The translations under genes and the position numbers were made by a program. DNA of 64,000 bases from Callorhinchus milii (lineage: Eukaryota), in NCBI RefSeq assembly GCF_018977255.1, contig NW_024704742.1:128342001-128406000 (forward strand), in the 5' to 3' direction. How positions within the stretch are numbered: position 1 is the stretch's first letter; each line of letters opens with the position of its first letter. The notes beneath the pieces were generated by a model. The model was not told the origin of the DNA. It searched no databases and saw nothing but the letters and a program-made list of their open reading frames with translations. This document shows, in pieces, positions 50,919 to 63,474 of the stretch.

Positions 50919-51329
50919 GGTTACCAATGCAAAATCAGTTTAAGTATTTTAAGTGGCAGATAGATAGATACTTGGGATTTAAGGGATGTGGAGATAAGGT
51001 GGCAAAATAGGATTAGAATAGAAAGATCAGGCATTGCCATAACATAATGATGACATGATAGTGCAGGATCAGAATTGCACAATTTCTGATATTTTATTCT
51101 GAAAGGTAATCGGGTTAACACACTGCATCTCCCAGTCCCTAACACAGATGTTCTTAAATATTATACAAGGCATTGAATCTTCAGGGTATTTGTTTTAGAA
51201 TCCCATACTACTTACCACTAAAGGGCAGCACAATCTTCCGCATCTTTATGAATATATGAATAAGCAACACCAGGTTTTAACAGATGCATTGTTTGAATTA
51301 TCTGTTTAACACAGTGTAAGATTACACTT

Positions 51330-51722
51330 ATAATAATAATAATAATAATACTAATCCTTGCATTTGATAAAGTGCCTTATCACATCTTTGAGACGTCTCA
51401 AAGTGCTTCACAGAATATATTGTAAAGTGAATTGACTGTATATTTTTTGAGAGCAAAATGTGGCAGCCAATTGCGCACAGCAGTGTCCCACAAACAGTCG
51501 TGGATCGAGTGACTAATTTATTGTTGTTATTTTTTTGAAGGAATTATCACCCCGGAAAAACAATGCGCCAATCAACTAACAACTGGGTTCCTACTTACTG
51601 CTAGGTAAATGGGGGCATATGGAGTAAGGAAGCTAGCCTAATGTTTCACCCTGCCAGGTATCGAACCCAGATCTCTCGCTTGCAAGGCAAGTGCTCTAAG
51701 CACTGAGCTACAGGACTCCACT
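51330..51722 (-). mobile_element. Long-subfamily SINE, full length
   Basis: Head, internal block and (ATA)n tail. Confidence 0.92.
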
Positions 51723-52769
51723 TACTCCTGGAGTGCATCAAGGAGTCTTGGGAGTTTAAGCTACCCTGGGTGAAAGGCGCTGTACACATGTTTTTGTTGA
51801 AGCTCTTATTGTTTCTCCCAGTGTCCAGGCCAACAATCCACCAATAAAAGTCATGGCTATTTGTGGGACATTGCTGTGTGCAAATTAATACTTGGGAAAT
51901 ACAATCCTTCCACTTTATAGTACATCTTGTGAAACGCTTTGAAACGCCTCCCAATGTGAAAGGGGGGGGATTATTATTGTTACTATTATTATTATCATCA
52001 TCTGAGCAACACATTGCATGAAATAAGGTAGAATTACTGCTCTGTTAAATAAAACAGTTGGCTTGAACATTTACCCAAGTGTAAACAATGCAAATTAAAC
52101 ATTTACTTCAGCTGTTCCCTATTGATTCTGACATATTTAAAAATAAGTACAATGTTATTTTGCCTTAATATCTCTATGGTATCAGAGGGAAAACATCAAC
52201 ATCTGTTGATGTGATTGAACTAATGGATACACATCTGCCTCCAAATTGATAGCACAATGCTCTCTGGAAGTTTGTTCCTGTTTAATTTCCTTTCAGATAT
52301 TTTATATTAGGAAATCCTGACACAAACCAATACAGTTCCATGTCCAGAGGCAACACTTACTGAGTTAATGCACATGTGCCACACACAGCTAGAGAAAACT
52401 CTGTGGTACTGGATGATGAAATGTGAGAAAGCTTTCAATGTGATCAGTCACACAGGATCTTGATAGTAAAGCTTTTAAATTAAAATACTCACACAGCATT
52501 AGATGGATGGACAGGTGCTTTTCGTCTAATTGACAGGCAGTAAGCGGGACAAAATAGGAAGCGGTCTCTCAGAGGAAGAAGCAAGTGACACCAAGAAGCA
52601 GACATGGGAAAGCTTTTATACTGCATTATGGTAATTGAACTTTGGCTACAATGCCAAACTTTCACATTACGTTGATGGTACTATACTAATGTAATATCTC
52701 TGCATCCAACTCACTTCGTGGACAAATTGGAGCAGGATATCCAGACAGACATAGTTGTCTACATTGTTG

Positions 52770-53630
52770 TGAGTTCAAGCCCCATATCAAGACCATAGGT
52801 TCATCAGCTGGGCTAACATTGCAATGCAGTGCTCATTAAGCTCTGAGTTGTCAGAGGTGCCATCCTTCTAATGAGACGTTAAACTGTGGTCTTGTCTGCC
52901 TGTTTGGGTGGAAATGTAAGATTCCATGACATTATTTCAGAAGAGAAAGAAGTTTTTCCAAGTGCCTTGGCTTACAAGCCCTTGCTAAAATTGGTCATAT
53001 ATTTCATGACTGTGCATAAATTGCTGCCACGTTTGCCTACAAATAAACAGTTACTACACTTTGCCCTAAAATCCTGTGAGATGTTTTGATGATATGATAA
53101 GATATTATGTCGAGTACAAAGAATATTATAAGGTCATTAATCCAACATTCTCCAATTCTCCTGAATCATGAACAACATTTGAAACCTGATTCCTTTTATA
53201 GGCTGTAAAAACCTCACTTTGCCAAACTGCATGCCCAAGGTAACTGGAGCTAAATAAATCTTCACTGCCAGCAAAAATAAAAGTTTTTTGTTCGGTTGAG
53301 ACTGATCAAGTGTCCAACTTGTTTTAATGTCCAGCAGTCTGAAAACAAGGTCTCAGTGTGGCTCAGTTGGCAGCACTCTCGTCTCCTCTGAGTCAGAAGG
53401 TTGTGGGTTCAAGTCCCACATAGAGAATTGAACTCACAGTCTAGGTTGACACTCCAATAATCTGCTGGGGGAACGCTGAATTGTCAGAAATGCTGTCCTT
53501 CAGGTGAGTCATTAAACTGAGGTGGACACTTGCCAGTTCAGGTGGACATTAAAGATCCTGCAACACTGAAGTGCTTTGAGATGTCCTCTCAACATGGAAG
53601 GCTCTATACCAAATGCAAGGATTATCATTA
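52770..53630 (+). mobile_element. Two older Deu-domain SINE copies
   Basis: Copies at about 52770-53130 and 53350-53630; the second has head GGCTCAGTTGGCAGCACTC..GAGTCAGAAGGTTGTGGGTTCAAGTCCCAC. Confidence 0.7.
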
Positions 53631-53984
53631 AGTGCAGCATTGATGATAGGGGTGAAAATTGTAATGCTTCTTAACTGATCATTCAATGTTTTATCTAACA
53701 CATAAAATCTGCTAAAAACATTGCAACACCCAGTGAATAACTAAAGACTTACCACATAAACCTCCTGGCTTTGACACAATGATTGGACCCGAAGCCAACC
53801 TCAAGGTTTTCAGGGAACACAATGTTTTTGCCAAAGCCCCTAGAGGCTATCACTGACATTGCTGACCATTGTATGTGATATTTTAGCATTGATTCATGAG
53901 ATACCATCTGAACTCAATCCAAGAAACATCGCAAGGTTCAATCCACAGGGGGAGGGATTCAACTTTCCTTTCTACCCCACATGA

Positions 53985-54683
53985 CCTGCTCTGCCTTCCC
54001 CCACCTCCGCAATGTCGCCCGGCTCTGACACTGTCTCACACCGCAGGCCGCCGAAACCCTCATACACGCCTTCATTACTTCGAGGCTCGACTGCGCAAAC
54101 TCACTGCTTGTCAGCCTCCCCAACTACTCCCTCCACAGACTGCAGATCATCCAGAACTCTGCAGCCTGTGTCCTCTCCCGCACTAGGCTCCGTGACCCTA
54201 TCACCCCCATCCTTGCCCAACTCCACTGGCTTCCCATCACACAGAGGATACAGTTCAAGATCCTAGTCCTCATCTTCAAAGCTCTCCATGGTCTTGCTCC
54301 CCCCTACCTCTCCGACCTCCTAACCCCCTATCATCTTGTTCGCTCCCTCCGCTCAGCGGGCTCTGGCCTGCTTCATGTCCCCCGCCTTGCTCGCCCCATT
54401 ATCGATGGGCGGGCCTTCCGCCACTCTGCCCCCACCCTCTGGAACTCCATCCCGCAGTCCCTCCACCTCAGCCCCTCCCTTGCCTCTTTCAAAACCCATC
54501 TCAAGACCCTCCTCTTCGACCGTGCTTTCGATCTCCCTGCTTCCCCCCCTGCCCTCCCCCCTCCCCCACCCCGACCCTCAGCTCGGTCCAAAACTCTGTC
54601 TGTCCAATGCCTTGGGACGTCCTCCCGATGTGAAAGGCGCAATACAAATGTAACTTTGCTGTGTGGTTGTTGTTGTTGTTGTT
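53985..54683 (+). mobile_element. L2 family A, 3' fragment with frameshifts
   Basis: Fragments SRLDCANSLL..LQIIQNSAA..LHWLP; tail GGGACGTCCTCCCGATGTGAAAGGCGC plus (TTG)n. Confidence 0.9.
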
Positions 54684-55934
54684 AGTTGAAATGTCCCTCA
54701 TAGCACAGGTGTTTACAAACTGCTTATTTCAGCTCAGTTCTTTTTCCTCCCTGCAGTTGGTTTCATTTTACTTGGCTTTTTGGGTGCATTTAATGAAATA
54801 TAGACTTTACTGGAGCAATAACTGTCAAAATAAATAACTTGTAACATTACCCTGAATGAGATAATTCATTCTATTTTCTTAAATCCTGCAATATAATTAC
54901 TTTGCGTTTTCCTTTAAGGTACTCCTTGATCAAACGCACAATGTTTATAATATGTTACAAGACATAACCCCTTCTTTTTTAACACCTCTGTTGGTCTCTT
55001 TAAAGTTAATAAAAGGAGGATTTCAATCGTTTTGTTTTCAATTAATTTTTGTGACTCAGAAGGACAAAACACAATGAACATCAAATAAAGTGGGTATTTT
55101 AGAGCTTTCTACAGCTGGAACAGAATAGCATCACTGGAGAATTATGTGGCTTTTCTAATTCAACCAAAGGGAATTACCAGCAACTGAGCAGGAAGTTATT
55201 TCATTGTGCAGTGAAATTTGCAAGACTTTAAAGCTTCAGATATGACATTCTTATGAATAATCCAGGAGTGAATAGGTCTCCCAGTCAAATGGAGATGATA
55301 AAAAAACAAAACCTAGGATTACTGATTTTTCATGAACTTTAGAAATATAGAAAATTTAAGCACCGAAGGAGTTCATTTGCCCATCATGCCTGTTTTTGTG
55401 AGTTACGTTTTCCCGGCAATCCCACTTTCTAGGTCTTTCCCCATATTTTTAATATTTTTACTGCTCAGGTGCTTAATCTGTTCCCTTTCAAATGATCCTA
55501 TTGATCCAAAGGTCAGGTTCCAAAACAATAGAGCCCCGAGGAACACTGCATGAGGCTAGAGGAGAAACCATTTGTGGAGATGAAGTGGAGATGGTGTGAG
55601 AGTTAGAAAAATGTTTGAGATCCTGCATTTTGGTGATGTTTCAGGACATCCGGGATGCTACCACGCAAGAAGGGCGCTATTTTGCAAGTTGTTGTTGTTG
55701 TTGTTGACATTCCTGAATATATTGTTGACTTTCATTATGTCAACATTAAAGAGGGACCCAGAATAGCAAATAATAATAATAATAATAATAAACCTTACAT
55801 TTGATATAGCACCTTTCCGGTCAGGATAATGTCTCAAAGTGCTTCATAGGATTTACTGTCAAGTATAAAGACTATTTATTTGTCACTTTGACCAAAGCTG
55901 TTTTTGTGTTGTGGGCGGCATGGAAACCCGATTG

Positions 55935-56190
55935 GAGAGATTTGTGAAGGGAGTGGCAGGCAAGGAAGGAGCAAAGCTGGGAAGCAACGACTCGTTTCAG
56001 GACCTTGGAAAGGAAAGGAAGGTTGGAGACGGAATGGTAGTTTGAGAGCAGGGATGGATCTGGGAAAGGTTGGGTCTAATGGGTCTAAGGATAGGAGTGA
56101 TGACGGTTGTTTGTAGAGGGGTGGGAATGGTGCCAGTGGACAGGGAGAGGTTTTTGATGTCTGTGAGTACGGGGACAAGGGAATACAGCA
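55935..56190 (-). mobile_element. L2 internal ORF2 fragment (region preceding RT)
   Basis: Minus-strand LSLSTGTIPTPLQTTVITPIL..RPISN-like remnants. Confidence 0.6.
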
Positions 56191-56541
56191 TTCCCTCCAG
56201 CACTGAACTGGAGTGTCAACCTGGACTACATGAGCTCAAAGTCCCAATGTGATGTTCGAACCCACAAGCTTCTGATTCAGAGGTGAATCTGCTGCTGATT
56301 GAGCAAGACTGAAATAAAAATGGTAAAAAGAAGAAACATGAGTGAAATAGTTGGTAAATTACAAACGTGGTAATTTGGGAGCAGGTTTCGGGGGTAATGT
56401 CTCATCACTCAGATAATTGGCATATGCCATGAGATGTTCCATGATGATTTTTTATAGATTGAACCAATCCCCAAAATATAACAAATTTTCTTCAGGTTCA
56501 TGCATGACACCATTTTTTAAAAGGGACGGGTGCTTTATATT

Positions 56542-57376
56542 TGTGGAGTCCTGTAGCTCAGTGGTTAGAGTACTCGCTTTGCAAGTGAGAGACCTGAGTT
56601 CAATTCCAGGCAGAGGGCGAAACCTTGGGCAAGTTTCCTTACTCCACATGCAGCTCGTGTACTGTCCCGCACCAGGCTTTGCGACCACATCACTCCCACC
56701 CTCGCTCGCCTCCACTGGCTCCCCATCCCCCAGAGGATCGAATTCAAAATCCTCATCCTCACCTACAAGGCCATTCACGGCCTCGCTCCCTCCTACCTCT
56801 CCGACCTACTATCCCCCTACCTACCTGCCCGTACCCTCCGTTCCTCTGGCTCCGGTCTGCTCCACATCCCCCGCCTCAACCGCCCTATCATCAGTGGCCG
56901 GGCCTTCAGCCTCTCAGCCCCTAGGCTCTGGAACTCTATCCCCCAATGCCTTCGCCTTGCTTCCTCCCTTTCCTCCTTCAAGGCCAGTCTCAAGACCTTT
57001 CTCTTTGACCGTGCCTTCAGCTCCCCTCTCGACTCTCTACCCCCTCCTCGCTCCCTCCCTTCCCTCCCCTCACCCTGACCATTTCCCCCCTGCTCGGGTC
57101 CTGACCCAACTGTACAGCGCCTTGGGATGTCCTCCCGACGTGAAAGGCGCTCTATAAATGGAATCTTGTTGTTGTTGTAATAATAATCCCTCCAAAAACC
57201 AAAAACAATAATAAATTGGTCATTTTCAATCTATGACTGTTTGTGGGACATTGCTGTGTGCAATTGGCTGCCACGTTCGCCCACAAATATACAGTCAATT
57301 CACTTTACAGTGTGTTCTGTGAAGCGCTTTGGGACGTCCTCCCGACATGAAAAGCGCTATATCAAATGCAAGGATT
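56542..57376 (+). mobile_element. Short-subfamily SINE split by an L2 insertion
   Basis: Head at 56542-56651; body resumes TAATAATAATCCCTCC at about 57178. Confidence 0.92.
56650..57178 (+). mobile_element. L2 family A, young 3' fragment nested in a SINE
   Basis: Encodes DHITPTLARLHWLPIPQRIEFKILILTYKAIHGLAPSYLSDLL...; stem-loop tail and (TTG)n. Confidence 0.93.
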
Positions 57377-57744
57377 TTGCAAGGATTACTTTAATTCATA
57401 TTTTCCTGAATAAATACAAGACTGGCCCAGGGCCCAGTATGGAACTGGATTGCAAATTTCAAAATCACATTTAGTAAATCAGTCTAATGGAACAGCTGCT
57501 CAATAAGCAATTAGTTTAGCTGTATTCCATGTGACCACTTTTGAAAAATCTTGTGATTCAAAATTATTGTTGAGTCAGTATGTAGTTAAAATAGACGTCT
57601 GTGTGATTCACTAATAGTACTTGAAAAAACAATGAACTCAAAGTTTCAACATGCATTTGAACCCACAGCTATCTGACTCAGAGATGAAAGTGCTACTGAG
57701 CCAGGCTAACTCATTGGCAGAACTTGGAGGGGCAGACCAGTCAA

Positions 57745-58345
57745 CAATCATGTATGTGGATGATACCCACCATCACCCTCAACTGTAGGATCACTACTGT
57801 CCTCACAGACTGCTTGTTGGACATCAAGTCCTGGTTGAGAACAAACTTCCTGCAGTTGAATGTCAACAAGACTGAGGCCCACCTGCTTGGCTGCACTCTA
57901 CATCTCGTGGAGCCAATACGGTACCTCGGCATCCTGTTCGACCCTCAACTGTCCTTCATCCCCCACATTCGTGCCATGACCCACTTTGCCTTTCCCCACC
58001 TCTGCAACATTGCCCAACTCCGCCACTGTCTCTCACTGCAGGCTGACGAAACCCTCGTCCAGGTATTCATCACATTCAGGCTCGACTATGCAAACTCCCT
58101 GCTTGTTAGCCTCCCCAACTCCTCCCTCCACAAGATACAGATAATCCAGAAATCTGCAGCCTGTGTCCTCTCCCACACTAGGCTTCACGACCCTATCAGC
58201 CCCATCCTCGCCCAGTTCCACTGACTCCCCATCACTAAAGAGGATACAGTTCAAGATCCTTGTCCTCACCTTCAAAACCCTCCATGACCTTGCTCCTCCC
58301 TACCTTTGTGACTTCCTGACCCCTTACCAACCTGTCAGCTCCTCT
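57745..58345 (+). mobile_element. L2 ORF2 fragment (RT C-terminal region)
   Basis: YVDDT (degenerate YADD), CLLDIKSWLRTNFLQLNVNKTE, IRYLGILFDPQLSFIPHI and RLDYANSLL. Confidence 0.9.
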
Positions 58346-58532
58346 CTCTGCCCACCATTGGCAGGCGAATGTCCAAACCTTGGCTCTCGCTAACCTGCGC
58401 CTAATATTCTCTGGAATTAGTTGAGCAGAATGCATCCTTCCAAAGAGGGAGTGCGCATTGCATTCCAGACACAGCAATGCTTTTATGTGTAGGTGATTTC
58501 GCCCACAAATTATATCGTCAATTCACTTCAGT

Positions 58533-58670
58533 ATAAAACACAAAATACTGCAGATGCTGGAAATCTGAAACTAAAAGAGAAGTCGCTGGGAACACTCAGC
58601 AGGTCAGGCAGCATCTATAGAGAAAGGAAAGTGAGTCAACATTTCGGGTCTTCGACCCTTCGTCAGAACA
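58533..58670 (-). mobile_element. Penelope-like retroelement terminal fragment inserted in a SINE remnant
   Basis: Shares CTCAGCAGGTCAGGCAGCATCTAT with 58762-58945 and, inverted, with 5500-5638. Carries the hammerhead motif. SINE sequence flanks it on both sides (58495-58533 and 58688-58755). Confidence 0.6.
58635..58669 (-). ncRNA. Minimal type-I hammerhead ribozyme motif (Penelope-like element associated)
   Basis: Minus strand reads GTT-CTGACGA-A-GGGTC(GAA)GACCC-GAAA-T-GT-T-GAC: CUGANGA box, stem II, GAAA box, GUU triplet and a 3-bp stem I. Confidence 0.65.
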
Positions 58671-58761
58671 GACTTTGTTTCACGTCATAGTATATTCGGT
58701 GATGCACTTTGAGACGTTGCAACGATTGGCTAAATGAAATGCAAGGATTTATATTAATAAT

Positions 58762-58945
58762 AAATAAAAACAGAACTTGGAGGGGCAGACCGGTGGGAAC
58801 ACACAGCAGGTCAGGCAACATCTATGGAGAGAGGAAAATTAGTTAACGTTTAAGGTCGATGACCTTTCGTCAGAACCGGGGGATGCTGGAAGGGAGTAGG
58901 TTATAAGGACAAGCAGAGAAGGGGGCGAGGCAAGAAAGACAAATT
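58762..58945 (-). mobile_element. Penelope-like retroelement terminal fragment
   Basis: Homologous to 58533-58670 and contains the second hammerhead motif. Confidence 0.55.
58842..58876 (-). ncRNA. Second minimal hammerhead motif, core-mutated (GAAA>TAAA)
   Basis: Minus strand reads GTT-CTGACGA-A-AGGTC(ATC)GACCT-TAAA-CGT-T-AAC, with a palindromic ACGT stem III. Confidence 0.55.
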
Positions 58946-60152
58946 AAAAATTTAGGTGGAGGCAAGGATTTAGGCAAGGATTATTATTTATTTATTATTA
59001 TGTGGAATTCCCAGTCTGATTTGGATACTCTTGAGCATAGTAATGGGATTCTACATGTATCAAGACAAAAACAATTGAATGAGCACAGAATATTCCTACC
59101 TGTTGTTTAGGAGAAGTTCAATTTTGTGAGTGTTCACAACATTGTATCAGCTGATGACCACACACTTGCTGTAATGGGTATTTCATGCTCCTGAAGCAGC
59201 TAATAAGCCACTTCATCCCCATTATTCTTTAGATTCTGAGATAAAATGTGCAGAGGGCTTGAAAGACAGTTGGAGTAAGTAATATAAATACTTAAAAAAC
59301 ATTTTCTGACTGCTACAATGGTAACCAGCCTTCAGTACCTCTTAAGAGAAACCATGTGAACTTAATGCTTTGCATTTTTCATTACACTGGAGTAAATCAT
59401 AAATAAATCATTCACTGTTTCATGTGAGGGACATTCGTAAAATGACGTGCCTGGCATGAAGTTGCCTCTGCCCTTCAGGATGTTAAACATCAGGTCTGGG
59501 TAGACCATAGCCTTCCCACCCAGCAACTGCTTCCCCTTTTTGACCACAAACCCACTTGACTGTTTGGTCCTTTACAAATGGGCTGAAGTTGTTGTTGTTG
59601 AAGGCAATTGGCAATTGCATGCCCAGGAGAACTGTGCTGGACACCCGTCTTATATACGATAAACTTAACCAGCTTCAAGACTTTACTGTCATTCAAGAGA
59701 ATCATCCCTTCTCAGCATAGTCCCACAGGACAGGGTTCAAGCAAACTTTGGTATCCATCACAACTTCCAGATATGAGTCAACGTTTGTGATGTCTGCCCC
59801 TTGTATCTTCAAGAAGGGGAGGGTGAAAGATGACCTAAAGCACGGTCAAGAGCACAGACGAAAGTGAATCTTGAGATGACCAGCCACTCTTCTTACCGAG
59901 GGAGATAGCCTTGGTGAGCCTCCCATCACCCTCACACGATTTTTGGAGCAGGAGTACAAACCAAAAGAAAATCCAAGATGCAGCCAGGTACTCCCTTAGC
60001 TTCCAGCTTAATCATGAGGTGGGAAATTGATGAATGCAACGTAGGTAGATTTCCCCTAAGCCTTATTGTGTTCCGTGATCTCATATAAATCCACAATCTG
60101 CACTATACAAACCTCATGAGAACAGAATCTAGACAGTTCCTTCTCGATTAGA

Positions 60153-60522
60153 GTAATAATAATAATAATTTTGCATTTGATATAGCACCTTATCACGTCT
60201 TCGAGACCTCTCAAACACTTCACAGAATATACTGTAAAGTGAATTGACTGTATATTTTGTGGGTGAAACGCGGTAGTCAATTGCGCACAGCAGTGTCCCA
60301 CAACAGTGGTGGATTGAGATGTGGATTTATTTATTTTGAAGGAATTTTTAACCCTGTAAAAGTGATCCACCAATTGATTAACAACCGGGTTCATACTTAC
60401 TGCTAGGTAAACAGAGGCATGTGGAGTAAGGAAACTTGCCAAAGTTTCGCCTGCATGGAATTGAACCCAATTCATTTCGCTTGTGAGGCGAGTGCTCTAA
60501 CCACTGAGCTACAGAACTCCAC
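60153..60522 (-). mobile_element. Long-subfamily SINE, full length
   Basis: Head, internal block and tail. Confidence 0.9.
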
Positions 60523-61449
60523 ACAGAGTGGTACGGGAGAGGGAGTTAGGAGCAATGGAGGCTATTGTGCAGTATAAACACTGGTATGGATTCATTGGGC
60601 TGAAAGCTTGCTTCCATGCTGTAATAATGTTCTATGTAATTCTATACTTGCATATTAAAACAGGATATAAGTAACATAATGGCATCCGAAGCTAAAACAA
60701 GCAAAGACATTTCTGTTGGAATGTTAAATATGACCAGGATGAACATTTGTCTTGAAAATTTGTCAAGGCTCAATAACCTGACCTAATGTTAATCACCAAT
60801 ATATAATAAACGTACTGGGCTGAAACAAAACTAATGGCTGCAGTAAATGACACTAGAGGTTTAGATTAATCATTCTTTGAAAAGAGGAGATGGAGTAGGA
60901 CTCACCTTTAGATCAGTATCTCAAAATTATAGTTGTAGTGCATATTTTCATGTCTTTTCTTCACAATTTAAATCTTTCAATGGGTTACATTCCGTACTGC
61001 TTCCGCATAAATCTGCATAAGTAGTTAAGAAGTATTTCTTTTGTTGGCATGACACAAATATAACTGATCCCCCTGTTTCATTATTCCCATTTAACAATGA
61101 ACATCATTGTCACTTTAGATAGATTGGAAGTCAATATATCGGAAGCCTCAGAAAATAACTTTAGTAAATTAGTGTTGCTCTTTGACACAAACTAAATCAT
61201 GTATTCTTTAAGAATTTATTTGTGGAAATATTTAGATTTTTAGGGGAGTTGATTTATGATGTCTTATGATTATTTAAAGTCTGGAAATAAATTATTTTGC
61301 ATTTTGGAAGTATTTGAAGAGATTCATTTGTCCCACTCACCTACAAGACAGAATGATGTTGTTATATTATTACTATTTTCAGTGAAAATCTTGACATGTA
61401 AACACAATGGAGGAATGTTGGGCCATAAAGTTAAAGTAACAATTGATAT

Positions 61450-61725
61450 TAAGTAGGATGCCTCTGGGGTCTGTACCCACCCCTTCCTGATCCTTGTGAT
61501 ACATTACTGACTTGGATTTTCAGATCAACGTAAGGTAGATAAATTTGCAGATGACGCCAAGTTGTGAGGAACTGTGGAATCAGAGGAGGCACCAAAGATC
61601 TTACAAAGATAGGTGGTTAGGGTATGCATATACACATGGGCTGATGAATGGCAAATGAAGTTCAATACATCTGTATTGAATACATCTAAATGCAAGGTAC
61701 TGCATGTATGAAGTAAAAATAGGAG
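61450..61725 (+). mobile_element. CR1 RT-domain remnant
   Basis: AAATTTGCAGATGACGCCAAG (KFADDAK) and TGGGCTGATGAATGGCAAATGAAGTTCAAT (WADEWQMKFN). Confidence 0.8.
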
Positions 61726-61933
61726 GGACCTAGCTCAGCTATTCAGAGCTGATAAGTAAAACTTATTCTTTGGTTGAGGACAGTATTTATCTCACCCCTC
61801 CACCCTCCAAATTCGGCAAATCAACAATAGAAAATACATATTGAAGAAATACAATTACTCACTACCCATCTGCTCTCCATAACATTTCTGGCTCAAATCA
61901 ATAAAATAGATAGACTATTTACCAGGAGTGATG

Positions 61934-61952
61934 TGCTACCCCCTAGTGGTCA
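61934..61952 (-). promoter_or_regulatory. CTCF-like motif
   Basis: Minus strand TGACCACTAGGGGGTAGCA versus consensus TGGCCACCAGGGGGCGCTA. Confidence 0.4.
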
Positions 61953-62664
61953 ACAACCCTGGCATAAATTAACACAAGGGATGCTTGGAAAGTTTCAATT
62001 TTTACAATCTCGCTGATGTGTTTCTGCTGTGCTGTATTGTGACACATGTAGCCAAAGGCCTGAAATTACTCACTTTCTTAGTCTCAAGACTTAGTCTTAA
62101 AATTTATGATGGTGCAAAATTTGGGAAAAAGAGTCTTAAATTTAGACACAGTTTGGAAGATGATATTCTGCAGTTCTTCTTCAGTGCTGAGAAAACCGAA
62201 TTGAATTTAAGGTTGTTTTTCTAAAATCCTGCACAGTATTAAATTTTAAAGACAATGGTTTTAATCTTAGAGACTGTAAGGATTTCAGGCCCTAGGTTGT
62301 TCAACACTATACATTTATAAATAATGTAGTGAAAATCACAACTGTTCAAAGACAGTTTCCTTTTCATTCCTTTTCACAGTGAGTTCAATGACTGGGTCTT
62401 TCCACTCCAAATGCTACTGCAGTGACTTAAGCCAATTAACTCCACATATTAATGCCGGAAGAATCAGAGAGAAAATAACATGAAATCTGGGCTATTCCAG
62501 ACCTGCTTTTTAATAGGTTTAATTGTTTGTTTAATACTGTAGCCGCTGTGTGTGGGGGAAGGGTACTAACAGCTCCAGGGAGACTGCAGTTGAGTAACTG
62601 CGTGGCATAAACAACACTCGGTATTTTCCATATGTTATGATGTACACGTTTTAAACTTTACACC

Positions 62665-63052
62665 AGGCACAGAAGGAGGCCATTCAACCCATCGTGCCCT
62701 TGCCAGCTCTTGAAAGAGCTAGCCAAGTTAATCCCGCTCTCCCCATAGCCTTGCGAATTTGTCCTCCGCAAATATCTGTCCACTTCTGTCTTGAAAGTTA
62801 TTATCAAATCTGCTTCACCAACCTTTCAGGTAGTGCATTCCAGATCTTAACAACTCGCTGTGTAAAACAAATTCTCATCTCTCCTCTGGTTCTTTTGATA
62901 ACTATCTTAAATCTGTGTCCTCTGGTTACCGACCCACCCGCCAGTGGAAACAGTTTCTCCCGGTTCACTCTATCAAATCCCCTCAGAATCTTGAACACCT
63001 CAATTAAATCTCCCCGTAACTTTCTCTGCTCCAAAAAGAACAAACCTAGCTT
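62665..63052 (-). mobile_element. CR1 LINE 3' end
   Basis: Translation LGLFFLEQRKLRGDLIEVFKILRGFDRVNREKLFPL..TRGHRFK..FTQRVVKIWNALP. Confidence 0.92.
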
Positions 63053-63126
63053 AACATAACATAACATAACATAACATAACATAACATAACATAACATAAC
63101 ATAACATAACATAACATAACATAACA
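63053..63126. repeat. (AACAT)n microsatellite, about 15 copies, between two CR1 pieces
   Basis: Direct observation; probably an expanded CR1 3' tail. Confidence 0.95.
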
Positions 63127-63260
63127 TGTAGAAGCAGGAGTAGGCCATTCGGCCCTTCGAGCCTGCCCCGCCATTCAATCATGGCTGATCTTCTAATCTA
63201 ACTCCAGCTAATAACCTGACCCTGCTTTATCCCCATATCCTTTAATCCCTTTTAGCTTCT
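63127..63260 (-). mobile_element. CR1 3'UTR fragment (different family)
   Basis: GCAGGAGTAGGCCATTCGGCCCTTCGAGCCTGC is the CR1 3' stem-loop region in antisense. Confidence 0.75.
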
Positions 63261-63474
63261 CTAGTCTATCCACATAACTCAAGTCCCTCATTCTTTGTGC
63301 TGTTTCCAATTCCAATGTTCCAAATGTATTTATTCCAACATCATTTGAACATCATTGCAATGTTCTTAATGTGTTTGTATAAGATAGACCAGAACAGATT
63401 TGGCTTTTCACTGTATTCATAAATGAGAGATTCTGTTTGTCTCTTTATTTTATCTATTTATATAATATATAATA

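Noticed and set aside
56542..56612. tRNA-Ala(TGC)-like genes at SINE heads
   Set aside because: A/B boxes and an anticodon arm are present, but there is no proper acceptor stem and each continues into a SINE body.
56417..58224. ORFs of 246 aa and 166 aa as host genes
   Set aside because: They derive from SINE/L2 sequence, either off-frame or as truncated ORF2; no intact retroelement is present.
62804..63178. 124-aa ORF with (MLCYV)n
   Set aside because: Read-through of a CR1 3'UTR, the (AACAT)n microsatellite and a CR1 ORF2 end.
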